Origin: Syntrophales bacterium
GTDB lineage: Bacteria; Desulfobacterota; Syntrophia; Syntrophales; UBA8958
Reading direction: 5' to 3'
DNA length: 64,000 nucleotides
Assembly: GCA_026416455.1 (NCBI GenBank)
Contig: JAOAFE010000002.1
Span: 24,212 to 88,211, forward strand
Part shown: in pieces, positions 19,501-32,078 of the stretch
Layout: every line of letters starts with the position of its first letter
How positions within the stretch are numbered: the stretch's first letter is position 1
Made by a program: the position numbers and the translations under genes
Notes under the pieces: generated by a model
What the model was told of the DNA's origin: nothing
Database searches by the model: none
Seen by the model: the letters and a program-made list of their open reading frames with translations, nothing else

Positions 19501-20669
19501 AGAGGCGTGTAAAAGACATGCTTATCGGAAAGGTAGTTAGCGCCAAATTCACGGACCCCAAAAAGAAAAAGGTTGTTCTTAAAAAGGGGGATGTTTTGAC
19601 GGAAGAAGTTTTGTCTGCCCTACCGTTTGACTACTGGAAAGATATCTCTCTGGAAGATGAAGAGACGGAAGCAAAAGTTGGTGCTCTCTTCGATGGTCTG
19701 AAGAGAAGGAAAGATTTCATTCAGGCTTACTTTGAACAGAAGGTGGAAAAACTACAGGCGGGTGATGAGCTCCCCCCGGGCGTGATTAAGATGGTCAAGG
19801 TTTATGTGGCGGTGAAACGAAAGCTCTCTGTGGGAGACAAGATGGCTGGTAGGCATGGAAATAAAGGAGTTTTATCCCGCATTCTGCCGGAAGAGGATAT
19901 GCCCTACTTTGCTGACGGAACACCGGTTGATATAGTTCTCAATCCCCTGGGCGTGCCCTCGCGCATGAACGTAGGGCAAATATTAGAGACCCATTTAGGG
20001 TGGGTGTCCAGGGCTTTGGGGGAAAGGATAAACGATTTACTCCAAAGGTCGGGTGATCTGAAAAAATTAAGAGAGGAGCTCAAATCCATCTATTCTTCGC
20101 CGGAGACGGACAAATTTATAGATGAAGCCTCCGATGATGAAATAAAAGCCTTTGCCCGTCGTCTTGGCCATGGGGTTCCCATGATCACACCCGTTTTCGA
20201 CGGGGCGAACGAAGGGGAAATTGTCAATATGCTTGAAATGGCAGGTCTCCCCGTAAGTGGGCAGACGATACTTTTCGACGGTCGGACGGGAGAACCCTTC
20301 GAACAAGAGATCACCGTGGGTATGATCTATATGTTGAAGCTGCATCACCTGGTGGACAATAAGATTCATGCGCGTTCCATTGGGCCTTATTCCCTGGTTA
20401 CTCAGCAGCCTTTGGGAGGGAAGGCCCAGTTCGGTGGTCAGCGACTGGGAGAAATGGAGGTGTGGGCCATGGAGGCCTATGGTGCCGCCTATTCGCTTCA
20501 GGAATTTCTGACGGTGAAGTCCGACGACGTGGCAGGGAGGACGAGGATCTACGAAGCCATAGTAAAGGGAGAGCACACACTCGAGCCGGGACTTCCGGAG
20601 TCCTTTAACGTTCTAGTCAAGGAGCTCCAGAGTCTCTGCCTCGATGTGGAATTAATTGAAGAAGATTAA
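16581..20669 (+). CDS. rpoB: DNA-directed RNA polymerase subunit beta
   Basis: 1362 aa with [33 protein letters not shown] and GRHGNKGV motifs. Confidence 0.98.
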   Translation: MTALNKVFGRIRKVIDIPNLIDIQIKSYEKFLQKDVDPDRRGNFGLQGAFKSVFPISDYSKKCSLEFVSYKIGEARYDEKECMQKGMTYAAPLRIVVRLLVFDVDPVTQQRQISNIKEQEIYFGEIPLMTEKGTFIINGTERVIVSQLHRSPGIFFDHDKGKTLTSGKVIYSARVIPIRGSWLDFEFDSKDILHVRIDRRRKMPVTVLLKALGNDTEFILNYFYEIEHVVREDGQFFMAVGEALLGEKAPIDIEDPRTKEVIIRKGRKINKLMLRRMTDAGVKYVPVEEETLIGKILSRDVKDPLTGEALRRCNEELTAQDLEEIKKRGIKELDFIHMDEDRSNASIRETLLVDKIETKEDAIIEIYRRLRPSNPPTPETATAFFNSLFFDPDTYDLSNVGRAKMNYKLRLDVPTDVTVLRNEDILAAVKYLLDLKNGSSDCSVDDIDHLGNRRVRSVGELVENQFRIGLVRMERAIKEKMTLHDIETLMPHDLVNAKPVTAVVNEFFGSSQLSQFMDQTNPLSEITHKRRLSALGPGGLTRERAGFEVRDVHPSHYGRICPVETPEGPNIGLIVSLSTYARVNEFGFIETPYRVVENGKLTDKIRFLTAMEEEDYYIAPADWPVDSEGRLIGELITVRKGGDFPLVEPEEVGLMDVSPNQLVSVAATLIPFLEHDDANRALMGSNMQRQAVPLMKPAIPLIGTGMEPIVARDSGAVVVARRDGVVESVDASRIVIKCDGVEEDGLDVGVDIYNLVKYQRSNQDTCFNQRCLVNKGDRVKKGDIIADGPATDQGALALGRNVLVAFMSWGGYNYEDSILVSERIVKEDIYTSIHIEEFEVMARDTKQGKEEITRDIPNVGEEALRNLDDSGIVRMGVYVKPGDILVGKVTPKGEVQLSPEEKLLRSIFGEKASDVRDTSLRVPPGVEGTVIDAKIFTRKGIEKDFRTQRIEEEAIADLRKDRDDEIRIIEDSVKRRVKDMLIGKVVSAKFTDPKKKKVVLKKGDVLTEEVLSALPFDYWKDISLEDEETEAKVGALFDGLKRRKDFIQAYFEQKVEKLQAGDELPPGVIKMVKVYVAVKRKLSVGDKMAGRHGNKGVLSRILPEEDMPYFADGTPVDIVLNPLGVPSRMNVGQILETHLGWVSRALGERINDLLQRSGDLKKLREELKSIYSSPETDKFIDEASDDEIKAFARRLGHGVPMITPVFDGANEGEIVNMLEMAGLPVSGQTILFDGRTGEPFEQEITVGMIYMLKLHHLVDNKIHARSIGPYSLVTQQPLGGKAQFGGQRLGEMEVWAMEAYGAAYSLQEFLTVKSDDVAGRTRIYEAIVKGEHTLEPGLPESFNVLVKELQSLCLDVELIEED

Positions 20670-20686
20670 CGATAAGGAGAAAAGCC

Positions 20687-23600
20687 GTGGAAGACGTTTT
20701 CACATATTTTGAGAAGCCAAAAGACCCCATCAGGTTTAATGCCATCAAGATTTCTATTGCCTCGCCGGAAAAGATCCTCGAATGGTCGGCGCGACCAAAC
20801 AGTAGCGGTGAGGTGAAAAAGCCGGAAACCATCAACTATCGCACTTTTAAGCCGGAAAAGGACGGTTTATTCTGCGCTAAGATATTCGGTCCGACGAAAG
20901 ATTATGAATGTCAATGTGGCCGCTACAAAAGAATGAAACACAGGGGCGTCATCTGTGAGAAGTGCGGTGTCGAGGTCATCCAGTCCAAGGTGAGGCGGGA
21001 GCGCATGGGGCATATAAAGTTGGCGGCCCCTGTGGCACACATCTGGTTTCTCAAGAGCCTGCCCAGTCGAATTGGTAGTGTTTTGGATCTCACTTTGAAA
21101 GAACTAGAGAAGGTCCTGTACTTCGAATCGTGGATCGTGATGGATCCGGGTAAAACTCCCTTGAGGAAAATGGAACTCCTTACTGAAGAAGAGGTGAACG
21201 AGCTCAAGGAGCAGTATGGACCCGATGCGTTTAAAGTCGGTATCGGAGCGGAGGCAATTCGTGCCCTCCTGGAAGAAGTGGATCTCGACAAGGTCGATCA
21301 GGAGTTGCGAGAGGAAATTAAAACTTCCGTTTCCGATGCGAAAAGAAAAAAACTCATCAAGCGCCTGAAGGTGATCGAGGCCTTGAAAAAGTCGGGGAAT
21401 CGTCCCGAATGGATGATACTGACCGTATTACCGGTGATTCCTCCCGATTTAAGGCCTTTAGTGCCCTTAGATGGAGGGAGGTTTGCCACGTCGGATCTGA
21501 ACGACTTATACCGCCGGGTGATCAATCGGAATAACCGCTTGAAGAGGTTAATGGAATTGAACGCCCCGGAGATCATCATCCGTAATGAAAAGCGAATGCT
21601 CCAAGAGGCGGTTGACGTCCTTTTCGATAACGGTCGTCGGGGTAGGGCTATCACGGGCACGAATAAAAGACCCCTGAGATCTCTCTCCGATATGTTGAAG
21701 GGGAAACAGGGGCGATTTCGCCAGAACCTCCTCGGTAAACGGGTCGATTATTCAGGACGATCCGTCATCACCGTAGGACCTGATTTGAGACTCCACCAGT
21801 GTGGCTTGCCTAAAATTATGGCCCTCGAGCTCTTTAAGCCTTTTGTCTACAATCGATTGATGGAGAAGGGCATCGTTACAACGGTCAAAAGTGCGAAGAA
21901 AAGGGTGGAGCAAGAAACGGCGGATGTGTGGGATGCCCTAGATGAAGTCGTTCGGGAGTATCCTGTGCTTCTCAATCGGGCCCCAACGTTACACCGTTTA
22001 GGTATTCAGGCATTCGAACCCGTTCTTATAGAAGGTAAGGCTATTCAGCTTCATCCTCTTGTATGTCCCGCGTTTAATGCCGACTTCGATGGTGACCAGA
22101 TGGCCGTGCATGTGCCCCTTTCTATCGAAGCGAGATCGGAAGCCCGGGTGCTTATGATGTCCACCAATAACATCCTTTCTCCAGCGCACGGGAAGCCCAT
22201 CATCAACCCAAACCAGGATATCGTGCTTGGTATTTACTATCTAACCCGCATGAGGGCTAAGGTGAAAGGGGAGGGGATAATATTCTCCGGACCGGAGGAG
22301 GTATTGTGTGCCCTGGATAACGGAGAGGTGGATCTCCATGCGCGCATTAAGGTGCGTATCAATGGAGAGATGAAAGAGACGACAGCCGGACGGATTCTGC
22401 TTTGGGAATTGATTCCGAAGGAGCTGCCCTTCGAGCTCATTAATCGAGTGATGAAGAAAAAGGAGCTCGCCAATCTCATTGACCAATGCTACCGCACTTG
22501 CGGAGCAAAGAAGACGGTTATTTTGGCGGACCGTTTGAAGGATCTTGGGTTTAAGTATGCCACTATATCCGGTGCCTCTATCGCCATCAGGAACATGGTG
22601 ATTCCGGCGAGTAAAAAGGAAATTGTGGAGAAGGCGGATCGGGAAGTTCAGAAGATACAAAAGCAGTACATGGACGGTCTTATCACCGACGGTGAGAGAT
22701 ACAACAAAGTAATCGATATTTGGGCACAGGCCACGGAAAGAATTGCGGCGGAGATGATGGGTGGAATTGCCGCTGCGGAGGCAAGCATAGAAAACGGCGA
22801 AAAAGGAAGAACTGAGGGGTTCAACCCCATCTATATGATGGCCGACTCTGGCGCTCGTGGCTCGGCACTTCAGATTAGGCAGCTTGCCGGCATGAGGGGA
22901 CTGATGGCCAAACCATCCGGTGAAATTATAGAAACCCCCATCACATCAAATTTCCGCGAAGGGCTGACGGTTCTTCAGTACTTCATCTCTACGCACGGGG
23001 CAAGGAAAGGTCTAGCCGATACGGCATTGAAGACCGCTAACTCAGGTTACCTAACAAGACGTCTCGTGGACGTGGCGCAGGACTGTATCGTCACGGAACT
23101 CGATTGTGGCACTATAGACGGTATCTACGTTTCCGCCCTGATGGAGGGAGGAGAAATAATCGAGACGGCCGGAGAGCGTGTCCTCGGGAGAGTAGCCTTG
23201 GAAGACATTAAAGATCCTTACACGGGGGAAATCATCGTTCATGCCAACCAAGAAATAGACGAAACTTTGGCCGAGAAAATAGATAAAGCGGGTATTGAGA
23301 AGGTGGCCATCCGGTCTGTTCTCACCTGTAAATCTAAATTCGGAGTCTGTGCCATGTGTTATGGGCGAGATCTCGCCCACGGGCGTTTGGTGAACATCGG
23401 AGAGGCAGTAGGTATTATTGCGGCCCAATCTATCGGAGAGCCGGGAACACAGCTTACCATGAGAACTTTCCATATCGGTGGTACGGCTAGGTTCGAGGAA
23501 CATTCGACCCTGCAGTCTCGCCATGATGGTAGGGTGAAATTTGTAAACCTACACACCGTGGTGAGTAAGACCGGAGACCTCGTCGTGATGAACAGGAATG

Positions 23601-24844
23601 GAGAAGTACATGTGATAGATGAGGAAGGTCGCAGTCGCGGTCGGTACCCCGTTCCTTACGGTGCTCATCTGAAGGTAAAAGAAGGGGATTACGTGCAGGG
23701 TTCGGGTCGCGACGAGAAAACCGGTCAGGAAAAAGCGGGCACCCTTATTGCTGAGTGGGACCCCTTTGCCATCCCCATTCTGGCCGAAGTTAGCGGCACC
23801 GTTAAGTTTGGTGATATCATAGAGGGGAAGACGATGCAGGAGCTCGTCGATGAGGTCACGGGCCTTTCCCGGAAGGTGATCGTGGAATTTAAGGGAACGG
23901 ATTTACGTCCAAGGATATCGATCAAAGATAGCAAAGGGAAAACGGCCAAGATACCGGGAACTAATATGGTGGCCCGCCATCTCCTATCTGTCGGCGCCAA
24001 TATAGTTGTATCCGAAGGTGATTATGTCGAGCCGGGAGACATCCTCGCCAAGATACCACGAGAAACGACGAAAACGAAAGATATCACAGGCGGTCTACCT
24101 CGTGTGGCAGAACTCTTTGAGGCGAGAAAACCGAAGGAGTACGCAGTGATAAGTGAAATTAGAGGCATCGTTTCGTACGGAAAAGATGCGAAAGGTAAGA
24201 GAAAGATAATTATTACCCCCGAGGGAGGAGGGGAAGAGAAAGAATACCTGATTCCCAAGGGAAAACATGTCACCGTACAGGAAGGAGAGAGGGTGACGGA
24301 AGGAGAACCCTTGATGGAAGGGGTTTTAAATCCCCATGATCTGCTGGCGATAAAAGGGGAAAAGGAGCTGGCCCGCTACCTTCTAGATGAGATACAGGAT
24401 GTATATCGGCTTCAGGGAGTAAAAATCAATGACAAGAACATCGAGATCATTATCCGTCAGATGCTTCGACGGGTTAAGGTTGTGGATCCCGGAGATACCA
24501 TGTTTATCGCCGATGAACAGGTGGAGCGTTATCGTTTTCAAGAGGAAAACGAACGAGTGATGGCGCAGGGAGGTAGGCCAGCGGTGGGGAGACCGATTCT
24601 CCTCGGTATAACTAAGGCTTCTCTCTCCACTCAGAGCTTCATTTCCGCGGCTTCTTTCCAGGAAACAACTCGAGTGCTAACAGAAGCAAGTTTGGCGGGC
24701 AAGATAGATTATCTGCGCGGATTGAAGGAAAACGTGATTATGGGGCGTCTGATTCCAGCAGGGACGGGTCTGCCCATGTACAGGAAATTGGGGATCAAAG
24801 TCCTGGGAGATGAAGAGGTGGAAGAAATTGAGACTTCTACCTGA
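20687..24844 (+). CDS. rpoC: DNA-directed RNA polymerase subunit beta'
   Basis: 1385 aa with a GTG start. N-terminal Zn motif CQCGRYKR...CEKCGVEV and the catalytic [12 protein letters not shown]. Confidence 0.98.
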   Translation: MEDVFTYFEKPKDPIRFNAIKISIASPEKILEWSARPNSSGEVKKPETINYRTFKPEKDGLFCAKIFGPTKDYECQCGRYKRMKHRGVICEKCGVEVIQSKVRRERMGHIKLAAPVAHIWFLKSLPSRIGSVLDLTLKELEKVLYFESWIVMDPGKTPLRKMELLTEEEVNELKEQYGPDAFKVGIGAEAIRALLEEVDLDKVDQELREEIKTSVSDAKRKKLIKRLKVIEALKKSGNRPEWMILTVLPVIPPDLRPLVPLDGGRFATSDLNDLYRRVINRNNRLKRLMELNAPEIIIRNEKRMLQEAVDVLFDNGRRGRAITGTNKRPLRSLSDMLKGKQGRFRQNLLGKRVDYSGRSVITVGPDLRLHQCGLPKIMALELFKPFVYNRLMEKGIVTTVKSAKKRVEQETADVWDALDEVVREYPVLLNRAPTLHRLGIQAFEPVLIEGKAIQLHPLVCPAFNADFDGDQMAVHVPLSIEARSEARVLMMSTNNILSPAHGKPIINPNQDIVLGIYYLTRMRAKVKGEGIIFSGPEEVLCALDNGEVDLHARIKVRINGEMKETTAGRILLWELIPKELPFELINRVMKKKELANLIDQCYRTCGAKKTVILADRLKDLGFKYATISGASIAIRNMVIPASKKEIVEKADREVQKIQKQYMDGLITDGERYNKVIDIWAQATERIAAEMMGGIAAAEASIENGEKGRTEGFNPIYMMADSGARGSALQIRQLAGMRGLMAKPSGEIIETPITSNFREGLTVLQYFISTHGARKGLADTALKTANSGYLTRRLVDVAQDCIVTELDCGTIDGIYVSALMEGGEIIETAGERVLGRVALEDIKDPYTGEIIVHANQEIDETLAEKIDKAGIEKVAIRSVLTCKSKFGVCAMCYGRDLAHGRLVNIGEAVGIIAAQSIGEPGTQLTMRTFHIGGTARFEEHSTLQSRHDGRVKFVNLHTVVSKTGDLVVMNRNGEVHVIDEEGRSRGRYPVPYGAHLKVKEGDYVQGSGRDEKTGQEKAGTLIAEWDPFAIPILAEVSGTVKFGDIIEGKTMQELVDEVTGLSRKVIVEFKGTDLRPRISIKDSKGKTAKIPGTNMVARHLLSVGANIVVSEGDYVEPGDILAKIPRETTKTKDITGGLPRVAELFEARKPKEYAVISEIRGIVSYGKDAKGKRKIIITPEGGGEEKEYLIPKGKHVTVQEGERVTEGEPLMEGVLNPHDLLAIKGEKELARYLLDEIQDVYRLQGVKINDKNIEIIIRQMLRRVKVVDPGDTMFIADEQVERYRFQEENERVMAQGGRPAVGRPILLGITKASLSTQSFISAASFQETTRVLTEASLAGKIDYLRGLKENVIMGRLIPAGTGLPMYRKLGIKVLGDEEVEEIETST

Positions 24845-24852
24845 GAAAATCC

Positions 24853-24881
24853 TTGACAAATGGCCATGAAATTGATAGCAA
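24853..24881 (+). promoter_or_regulatory. candidate sigma70-type promoter for the rpsL-rpsG-tuf unit
   Basis: TTGACA (24853-24858), a 17-nt spacer, then TAGCAA (24876-24881), about 38 nt upstream of the rpsL start. Sequence match only. Confidence 0.35.
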
Positions 24882-24919
24882 GCCAAATTCACTGTACCTG
24901 ATAGTTTAGGGAGGTTAAG

Positions 24920-25291
24920 TTGCCCACGATAAATCAGTTGGTACGTAACGGTAGATGTAAGGTCGTCAAGAAGACATCGGCGCCTGCCTTGGCCGGCTCT
25001 CCGCAGAGGCGGGGGGTGTGTGTAAGGGTCTATACTACGACCCCAAAGAAACCTAATTCCGCCTTGAGAAAGGTAGCGAGAGTTAGGCTTACTAGCGGAT
25101 ACGAAATTACGGCTTATATTCCTGGCGTTGGACATAACATTCAGGAGCATTCGGTAGTTTTAGTGCGAGGAGGAAGAGTAAAAGACTTACCGGGTGTGAG
25201 GTATCATATCGTCCGTGGTACGTTAGATGCCATGGGTGTTCAGGGGAGAAAACAGGGTCGTTCCAAGTACGGGGCCAAAAAACCAAGCTGA
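24920..25291 (+). CDS. rpsL: 30S ribosomal protein S12
   Basis: TTG start after [17 protein letters not shown]...[15 protein letters not shown]. Confidence 0.97.
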   Translation: MPTINQLVRNGRCKVVKKTSAPALAGSPQRRGVCVRVYTTTPKKPNSALRKVARVRLTSGYEITAYIPGVGHNIQEHSVVLVRGGRVKDLPGVRYHIVRGTLDAMGVQGRKQGRSKYGAKKPS

Positions 25292-25315
25292 TAAGAGAGC
25301 TGATAAGAGAAAAAT

Positions 25316-25786
25316 ATGCCGAGAAGAAGAGTTGTACAAAAGAGAGATATACTACCGGATCCGAAGTATAACAGTAAGCTCGTCGCCCGATTCATCAATA
25401 ACTTGATGAAAAAGGGGAAAAAGAGTATAGCAGAATCGATTATGTATGGGGCCCTCGAGCTTGTAGAAAAGAGAGCGAAGGAGCCGGCCCTTGAGTTGTT
25501 TGAAAAGGCCATCAGTAATGTAAAACCCTTGATTGAGGTTAAATCGCGGAGAGTAGGTGGTGCGACCTACCAGGTGCCAACGGAGGTATTGCCCCATCGG
25601 CAGGTCGCCTTGGCCATTCGCTGGTTGATTCAAAACGCACGCGAAAGATCGGAAAAGACGATGGTAGATAAACTGGCGGCGGAGCTTATTGACGCGGCCA
25701 ATAATCGGGGTGGAGCGATTAAGAAGAGAGAATCGGTACATAAGATGGCAGAAGCCAACCGAGCATTTGCCCATTACCGATTCTAA
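25316..25786 (+). CDS. rpsG: 30S ribosomal protein S7
   Basis: [23 protein letters not shown]...[15 protein letters not shown]. Confidence 0.97.
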   Translation: MPRRRVVQKRDILPDPKYNSKLVARFINNLMKKGKKSIAESIMYGALELVEKRAKEPALELFEKAISNVKPLIEVKSRRVGGATYQVPTEVLPHRQVALAIRWLIQNARERSEKTMVDKLAAELIDAANNRGGAIKKRESVHKMAEANRAFAHYRF

Positions 25787-25859
25787 TGGATAGTAGAGGT
25801 TGATGGGGAGAAAGAGGAGAAGTTAGTTATCGCTATACAGACGAAGGAGGTAAAAAAAG

Positions 25860-27053
25860 ATGGGTAAGAAAAAATTTGAACGGACGAAGCCGCATTTGAA
25901 TATCGGTACGATCGGCCACGTGGATCATGGGAAGACAACCCTTACTTCAGCCATAACCAAGCATCTTTCAAAAAAGGGGTTGGCTGAGTATCGACCGTTT
26001 GACTCTATTGACAATGCCCCAGAAGAAAAGGAACGTGGGGTTACCATCAATATATGCCATGTTGAGTATGAAACTCCGAAGCGACATTATGCCCATGTAG
26101 ATTGCCCCGGTCACGCGGACTACATCAAAAACATGATTTCCGGTGCTGCCCACATGGACGGCGCGATTTTGGTGGTGGCCGCTTCCGATGGACCCATGCC
26201 CCAAACGAGGGAGCATATACTTCTTGCCCGTCAGGTTCAGGTTCCTTATATAGTAGTATTTCTCAACAAGGTGGATCTCGTAGACGATCCCGAATTGCTT
26301 GACTTAGTTGAGCTGGAATTGAGAGAGCTTCTTACCACTTATGAGTTTCCCGGTGATGAAATCCCCATCATTCGCGGTTCCGCGTTGAAGGCTTTGGAAG
26401 CGGATGATCCTGACTCACCGGATGCGAAGTGCATTTGGGAACTCATGGAGGCGGTAGATAATTATATTCCCGAACCGGTTAGGTTGCTTGATAAACCTTT
26501 CCTTATGCCTATCGGAGATGTATTTAGCATCTCCGGTCGTGGAACAGTAGTAACTGGCAGAATTGACCGTGGTATCATTAGATTGGGAGATGAGGTCGAG
26601 GTAGTAGGTATTAGACCTACCTTCAAGACCGTCTGCACCGGAATCGAAATGTTCCGCAAGGCCTTGGATGAAGGTCAGGCGGGAGATGATGTGGGATTGC
26701 TCCTTCGGGGTACGAAAAGAGAAGAAGTGGAACGCGGTCAGGTAGTAGTGAAGCCGGGTTCTATTACGCCGCATACAAAATTTAAAGCTCAGGTCTACGT
26801 GCTTACGAAGGAGGAAGGTGGTCGTCATACACCATTTTTCACCGGTTACCGGCCTCAGTTTTATTTCCGTACGACGGATGTAACTGGTGTGGTCCATCTG
26901 CCTGAGGGAGTAGAGATGGTTATGCCGGGCGACAACGTGGAGTTAACAATTGAACTTATAACTCCCATTGCCATGGAGGAATCCCTAAGATTCGCCATCC
27001 GAGAGGGTGGTAGGACGGTGGGTTCCGGGGTTGTAACGAAGATTTTAGAATAG
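25860..27053 (+). CDS. tuf: translation elongation factor Tu
   Basis: 397 aa. [22 protein letters not shown] and the C-terminal [15 protein letters not shown]. Confidence 0.98.
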   Translation: MGKKKFERTKPHLNIGTIGHVDHGKTTLTSAITKHLSKKGLAEYRPFDSIDNAPEEKERGVTINICHVEYETPKRHYAHVDCPGHADYIKNMISGAAHMDGAILVVAASDGPMPQTREHILLARQVQVPYIVVFLNKVDLVDDPELLDLVELELRELLTTYEFPGDEIPIIRGSALKALEADDPDSPDAKCIWELMEAVDNYIPEPVRLLDKPFLMPIGDVFSISGRGTVVTGRIDRGIIRLGDEVEVVGIRPTFKTVCTGIEMFRKALDEGQAGDDVGLLLRGTKREEVERGQVVVKPGSITPHTKFKAQVYVLTKEEGGRHTPFFTGYRPQFYFRTTDVTGVVHLPEGVEMVMPGDNVELTIELITPIAMEESLRFAIREGGRTVGSGVVTKILE

Positions 27054-27061
27054 TTAATTTT

Positions 27062-27370
27062 ATGAAGGATCAGAGAATAAGAATACGCCTCAGGGCGTAT
27101 GATTACAGATTGTTGGATCGCTCCGTCGAGGATATTGTGGAGACGGCCAAAAGGACAGGCGCCCGGGTGGCCGGTCCTGTCCCACTGCCCACAGAAATAA
27201 ATCGGTTTTGTGTAAACCGATCCCCGCATGTGGACAAGAAGTCGCGAGAGCAATTTGAGATCAGAACCCACAAGAGGCTAATCGATATTATAGAGCCCAC
27301 CCAGGCCACGGTGGATGCGCTTATGAAGCTCGACTTGTCCGCCGGGGTGGACGTCGAGATAAAACTTTAA
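27062..27370 (+). CDS. rpsJ: 30S ribosomal protein S10
   Basis: [31 protein letters not shown]. Confidence 0.97.
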   Translation: MKDQRIRIRLRAYDYRLLDRSVEDIVETAKRTGARVAGPVPLPTEINRFCVNRSPHVDKKSREQFEIRTHKRLIDIIEPTQATVDALMKLDLSAGVDVEIKL

Positions 27371-27391
27371 AATACCCAGTAAGTGGCAAGA

Positions 27392-27430
27392 GATGGTGGC
27401 CGCCAGGTTAAGCGCACCGTCTTTTGTTTT
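27392..27430 (+). terminator. terminator-like hairpin between rpsJ and rplC (possible attenuator)
   Basis: GATGGTG (27392-27398) pairs with CACCGTC (27415-27421): 7 bp including one G-U, with a 16-nt loop, followed immediately by TTTTGTTTT (27422-27430). Confidence 0.4.
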
Positions 27431-27466
27431 CTAAACTGGTTATGAAAAGGTAGCCAGAGAAGGGTT

Positions 27467-28108
27467 ATGATAAAGGGACTTATTGGAAGAAAATTGGGAA
27501 TGACACAAGTGTTTACCGAAGACGGTGTTACTGTGCCTGTTACGGTAATCGAAGTGGAACCTTCGGTGGTTATTCAAAAGAAGACAACCGAGACGGATGG
27601 GTATGATGCAGTCCAACTTGGTTATTTTCGGGTGAAGCAGAAATCCGTAAATAAACCACTCCAAGGGCATTTTAAGAAAGCAGATCGCGGTTTTTTCCGG
27701 TTCATAAGGGAGTTTCGCGGCCCGGTGGATGATATGGAAGTAGGCCAAGAGGTGACAGTAGATATATTCTCACCAGGCGATTACGTTGACATCACAGGGA
27801 TCTCTAAAGGAAGAGGATTTCAGGGAGGAGTTAAACGTCACGGATTTCGCGGCGGACGCGCCACCCACGGTTCCATGTTCCATCGTGCACCGGGATCGAT
27901 TGGGGCCAGCTCTTTTCCCTCTCGTGTCTTTAAGGGAAAGAGACTGCCAGGGCATATGGGCAATTCGCGAGTGACGGTGCAAAATTTACGGGTTATTTCT
28001 GTTAGACCGGAAATCAATGCCCTTATCGTGAAGGGTTCTGTGCCTGGTCCGAAAAACGGAATTTTGCTTATTCGAGAAGCGGTGAAAAAACGTAAGGCTG
28101 GGGTGTAA
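27467..28108 (+). CDS. rplC: 50S ribosomal protein L3
   Basis: MIKGLIGRKLGMTQVFTEDG... Confidence 0.97.
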   Translation: MIKGLIGRKLGMTQVFTEDGVTVPVTVIEVEPSVVIQKKTTETDGYDAVQLGYFRVKQKSVNKPLQGHFKKADRGFFRFIREFRGPVDDMEVGQEVTVDIFSPGDYVDITGISKGRGFQGGVKRHGFRGGRATHGSMFHRAPGSIGASSFPSRVFKGKRLPGHMGNSRVTVQNLRVISVRPEINALIVKGSVPGPKNGILLIREAVKKRKAGV

Positions 28109-28110
28109 AG

Positions 28111-28734
28111 ATGCCGACGGTGGCAGTGTACGATATCGAAAAGAACAAGGTCGGGGAAATAGAGTTAAGCGATGCCGTGTTTGGCATCGAAGTGAACGAA
28201 AACGCCATCTATGAAACGGTGAAGATGCAGCTAGCAAACCGACGGTCAGGTACGGCGGCCACCAAAGAACGTAGTTATGTAAGCGGTGGAGGTCGTAAGC
28301 CCTGGAGACAAAAAGGTACCGGCCGCGCACGGGCAGGTTCTATTCGGTCACCTCTATGGCGGGGAGGGGGTACTGTTTTTGGCCCGAGACCGCGTGACTA
28401 CTCTTACAAAGTACCCAAAAAGGTAAGGCGTTTGGCCCTGAAGTCGGCTCTTACTTTGAAGTTAAAAGATGAAAAAATAATAGTATTGCGCGATTTCCCT
28501 CTTGGGGAAATAAAGACCAGGAAAGTTAAAGAGGTGTTGGACCGGTTCGAACTAAAAAAAGTCTTGATTGTAATAGATAGGCCGAATCCCGTTTTTGAGC
28601 TATCGTCCAGGAATATAAAAGATGTAAAAACCATTAGGGCTGAGGGGATTAACGTGTACGATTTGCTTAAGTACGATCATGTACTTTTTCTCGAGCCCAC
28701 CATAAAGTCAATAGAGGGGGCGTTAGTTTCATAA
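28111..28734 (+). CDS. rplD: 50S ribosomal protein L4
   Basis: [29 protein letters not shown]. Confidence 0.97.
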   Translation: MPTVAVYDIEKNKVGEIELSDAVFGIEVNENAIYETVKMQLANRRSGTAATKERSYVSGGGRKPWRQKGTGRARAGSIRSPLWRGGGTVFGPRPRDYSYKVPKKVRRLALKSALTLKLKDEKIIVLRDFPLGEIKTRKVKEVLDRFELKKVLIVIDRPNPVFELSSRNIKDVKTIRAEGINVYDLLKYDHVLFLEPTIKSIEGALVS

Positions 28735-29021
28735 TGGAACCCTACGACGTCATAAAAAAAGTATTACTCACGGAAAAAAGTACCATGGCCAAGGAAGCCA
28801 TGAACAAATATACCTTTGCCGTGGATCGGAGGGCGAACAAGATTGATATTGCCCGTGCCGTCGAGGTACTTTTTAAGGTAAAGGTGATAGATGTGCACAC
28901 GATGAATTTCGAGGGCAAGAAAAAGAGAATTGGCCGTATTATAGGCCGACGTCCCAACTGGAAGAAGGCAGTAGTGACTCTTGCGGAAGGAAGCCGCATC
29001 GAAATTTACGAAGGTGTGTGA
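28734..29021 (+). CDS. rplW: 50S ribosomal protein L23
   Basis: [12 protein letters not shown]...[20 protein letters not shown]. Confidence 0.96.
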   Translation: MEPYDVIKKVLLTEKSTMAKEAMNKYTFAVDRRANKIDIARAVEVLFKVKVIDVHTMNFEGKKKRIGRIIGRRPNWKKAVVTLAEGSRIEIYEGV

Positions 29022-29038
29022 CACGGGGAGGAAAGTCG

Positions 29039-29863
29039 ATGGGAATTAAGGCTTATAAGCCCACCTCACCAGGGCGCAGATTTCAGACGGGTTATGATTT
29101 TGAGGAAATAACAGCCACCAAGCCAGAGGCTCGACTGGTCGTCCCGTTGAAAAAATCCGGTGGGCGGAACAACTATGGTCGGATGACGAGCCGACATATC
29201 GGGGGCGGTCACAAGCGGAAGTACCGTATAATAGACTTTCGTCGCGATAAAATAGATATTCCCGCGAAAGTGGCCACCATCGAATACGACCCCAACCGTT
29301 CGGCAAGGATTGCACTCCTGCATTATGCGGATGGGGAAAAGAGGTACATTATAGCTCCCGATAAACTAGCGGTTGGAGACGTTGTCATAAGCTCTGAACA
29401 GGCAGATATCAAACCGGGCAATGCTTTGCCCCTTAAGAATATCCCCTTAGGTACGTTGATCCATAATGTTGAATTAAAGCCCGGCCGGGGTGGCCAATTG
29501 ATAAGGAGTGCTGGTGGCTATGGTCAGCTCATGGCCAAAGAAGAAGGCTACGCTCAGATTAGGCTCCCGTCGGGTGAGGTAAGGAAAGTACGTTTAGAAT
29601 GTCGGGCTACGGTTGGCCAAGTGGGTAACCTAGATCACGAGAACATAAGCATAGGTAAGGCGGGACGTTCTCGTTGGTTGGGGCGGAGGCCTAAGGTGCG
29701 AGGGGTAGCTATGAACCCCATTGACCATCCCATGGGAGGTGGGGAAGGCAAGACCTCGGGGGGACGCCATCCATGTACACCTTGGGGTAAGCCTACGAAG
29801 GGTCATAAGACGAGAAGGAACAAGAGTACGGATAAATATATTGTAAAGAGAAGAGGTAAGTAA
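29039..29863 (+). CDS. rplB: 50S ribosomal protein L2
   Basis: [15 protein letters not shown]... with GGGAGGAAAG upstream (ORF track start is 29018). [18 protein letters not shown] near the C-terminus. Confidence 0.97.
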   Translation: MGIKAYKPTSPGRRFQTGYDFEEITATKPEARLVVPLKKSGGRNNYGRMTSRHIGGGHKRKYRIIDFRRDKIDIPAKVATIEYDPNRSARIALLHYADGEKRYIIAPDKLAVGDVVISSEQADIKPGNALPLKNIPLGTLIHNVELKPGRGGQLIRSAGGYGQLMAKEEGYAQIRLPSGEVRKVRLECRATVGQVGNLDHENISIGKAGRSRWLGRRPKVRGVAMNPIDHPMGGGEGKTSGGRHPCTPWGKPTKGHKTRRNKSTDKYIVKRRGK

Positions 29864-29865
29864 AG

Positions 29866-30147
29866 GTGGCACGTTCGATTAAAAAAGGCCCCTATATTGA
29901 TGAAAGGCTGCTGGAAAAGGTTAGAAAGATGGAGGCCTCGGGGAGCAAGGCGGTGATTAAGACCTGGTCGAGGAGGTCAACCATCACACCAGAGCTCATT
30001 GGTCATACCTTTGCTGTGCACAATGGCAAGAAGTTCATCCCCGTGTTCGTAACCGAAAACATGGTGGGACACAAATTGGGGGAATTTGCTCCAACGAGGA
30101 CATTCTACGGCCATTCAGGGGACAGGAAATCGAAGGTACAAAAGTAG
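29866..30147 (+). CDS. rpsS: 30S ribosomal protein S19
   Basis: GTG start. [11 protein letters not shown]...[29 protein letters not shown]. Confidence 0.97.
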   Translation: MARSIKKGPYIDERLLEKVRKMEASGSKAVIKTWSRRSTITPELIGHTFAVHNGKKFIPVFVTENMVGHKLGEFAPTRTFYGHSGDRKSKVQK

Positions 30148-30160
30148 GAGTTGAATCGAT

Positions 30161-30493
30161 ATGGAAGCGAGGGCAGTGGCCAGATATTTAAGGGTTTCCC
30201 CGCAGAAAGCAAGGTTGGTTGCCGATTTAATACGTGGGAAGTCGATATCGGAAGCGGAGAAAATCCTTACCTTCACGAGAAAGTACAGTGCCGCCTTGAT
30301 TATGAAGGTACTCAAGTCGGCGGTAGCAAATGCAAAACAGAACCCAAATATTGATGCTCGGGTGCTCTATGTGAAGGCCATTTATGTAGATCAAGGGCCT
30401 TCTCTGAAGCGGTGGAGAGCTCGGGCTCAGGGCAGAGTGGCGGGCATCAAGAAACGGATGAGTCACATTACAGTTATTTTAGATGAAGCATGA
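30161..30493 (+). CDS. rplV: 50S ribosomal protein L22
   Basis: MEARAVARYLRVSPQKARLVADLIRGK. Confidence 0.97.
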   Translation: MEARAVARYLRVSPQKARLVADLIRGKSISEAEKILTFTRKYSAALIMKVLKSAVANAKQNPNIDARVLYVKAIYVDQGPSLKRWRARAQGRVAGIKKRMSHITVILDEA

Positions 30494-30514
30494 ATTCGAT
30501 GAGGAGGTGACGGT

Positions 30515-31177
30515 TTGGGGCAGAAGGTTAACCCCATCGGATTGAGACTGGGGATAATAAAAAGTTGGCGATCCATCTGGTACGCGGATAAAGATTATAG
30601 TGAGCTCTTGCACGAGGATATCAAAATCCGCAATTATCTGAAGAAGAAACTTTACAGCGCCGGCATCTCACGAATAGAGATTCATCGGGCCGCCAACAAG
30701 GCGAAGGTGAATATCTATGCCGCCCGCCCGGGCATTATCATTGGGAAGAAGGGGGCGGAGATAGAGAAGCTTAAAAAAGAGCTCGAGCAAATAAGTAAGA
30801 GTGAAATAATAATAAATATTATCGAGGTGAGAAAGCCCGAATTGGATGCGCAATTAGTGGCCGAAACCGTTGCCTCGCAATTGGAACGTCGTATATCGTT
30901 TCGAAGGGCAATGAAAAAGAGTGTAACGGCAGCCATGAAGTTCGGGGCGAAGGGAATTAAGATAACCTGTGCCGGACGTTTGGGTGGCGCCGAGATGTCG
31001 CGAACAGAATGGTATCGAGAGGGGCGGGTTCCCCTTCATACCCTGAGGGCCGATATCGATTGGGGCTTTGCTGAAGCGCGTACCACTTACGGGGTGATAG
31101 GGGTGAAGGTTTTAATCTTCCATGGAGAAGTGAGTCCGAAACAGAGAGACGCCGCTTCTCGGGAGGCAATGATATAG
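30515..31177 (+). CDS. rpsC: 30S ribosomal protein S3
   Basis: TTG start. [13 protein letters not shown]...[31 protein letters not shown]. Confidence 0.97.
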   Translation: MGQKVNPIGLRLGIIKSWRSIWYADKDYSELLHEDIKIRNYLKKKLYSAGISRIEIHRAANKAKVNIYAARPGIIIGKKGAEIEKLKKELEQISKSEIIINIIEVRKPELDAQLVAETVASQLERRISFRRAMKKSVTAAMKFGAKGIKITCAGRLGGAEMSRTEWYREGRVPLHTLRADIDWGFAEARTTYGVIGVKVLIFHGEVSPKQRDAASREAMI

Positions 31178-31202
31178 AGGCTTACGTTGAGGTGATGGAG
31201 AT

Positions 31203-31625
31203 ATGTTAGCGCCGAAAAGAGTTAAGTACAGAAAGCCGCAGCGTGGACGGATGTCAGGGAAACCTGAGCGAGGTTGTCATGTTGCCTTTGGGGATTACGG
31301 GCTTCAGGCAACGGAGTGTGGATGGGTCACATCCCGGCAAATTGAGGCGGCAAGAATTGCCATCACCCGTCACGTACGTCGAGGTGGTAAAATATGGATT
31401 CGCATTTTCCCTCACAAAGCCATAACCAAAAAGCCGGCCGAAACGAGGATGGGAAAGGGGAAAGGTGCGCCCGAGGAATGGGTGGCCGTGGTAAAACCTG
31501 GTATGGTTCTCTATGAGATGAAAGGGGTGTCGGAAGAGGTGGCACGGGAGGCGTTCAGACTGGCGGGGCACAAACTCCCGGTGAAAACGAAATTTTTGAC
31601 ACGGGAGATTTCCTATGAAGGCTAG
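31203..31625 (+). CDS. rplP: 50S ribosomal protein L16
   Basis: [17 protein letters not shown]...RMGKGKG. Confidence 0.97.
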   Translation: MLAPKRVKYRKPQRGRMSGKPERGCHVAFGDYGLQATECGWVTSRQIEAARIAITRHVRRGGKIWIRIFPHKAITKKPAETRMGKGKGAPEEWVAVVKPGMVLYEMKGVSEEVAREAFRLAGHKLPVKTKFLTREISYEG

Positions 31626-31812
31626 GGAATTAAGAGAGATGAGCGTAAACGAGCTTCTTCAGAAAGAAAAGGATTTAAAGGAGGAACTCTTCCGCTTGAG
31701 AATTAGAAAGAGCTCTGGTCCTCTGGAATCTCCGGCCATGCTTAAAAAATTGCGGAGGGATATAGCCCGGATCAAGACGATTCTAAAAGAGCGAGGAAAA
31801 GAAGGAGCATGA
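31615..31812 (+). CDS. rpmC: 50S ribosomal protein L29
   Basis: [29 protein letters not shown]. Confidence 0.95.
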   Translation: MKARELREMSVNELLQKEKDLKEELFRLRIRKSSGPLESPAMLKKLRRDIARIKTILKERGKEGA

Positions 31813-32066
31813 AAGAGCGGGGCAACAAAAGGACGATTAAGGGCGTAGTGGTAAGCAACGCTATGGATAAGACGGTGGTCGTTCGGGTAGAGAATTTGGT
31901 CCCTCATCCTAAATTTAAAAAGTACGTAAGACGCCATGTCAAATATAAGGCGCATGATGAACGGAACGAATGTCAGGTAGGGGACACGGTGTTGATCGTT
32001 GAGTCCCGGCCATTGAGTAAAGAAAAGAGGTGGCGTGTGAGGGAAATCTTGGAGCGAGCAAAGTAG
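31809..32066 (+). CDS. rpsQ: 30S ribosomal protein S17
   Basis: [20 protein letters not shown]...[26 protein letters not shown]. Confidence 0.96.
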   Translation: MKERGNKRTIKGVVVSNAMDKTVVVRVENLVPHPKFKKYVRRHVKYKAHDERNECQVGDTVLIVESRPLSKEKRWRVREILERAK

Positions 32067-32078
32067 AGGTGATGACCT

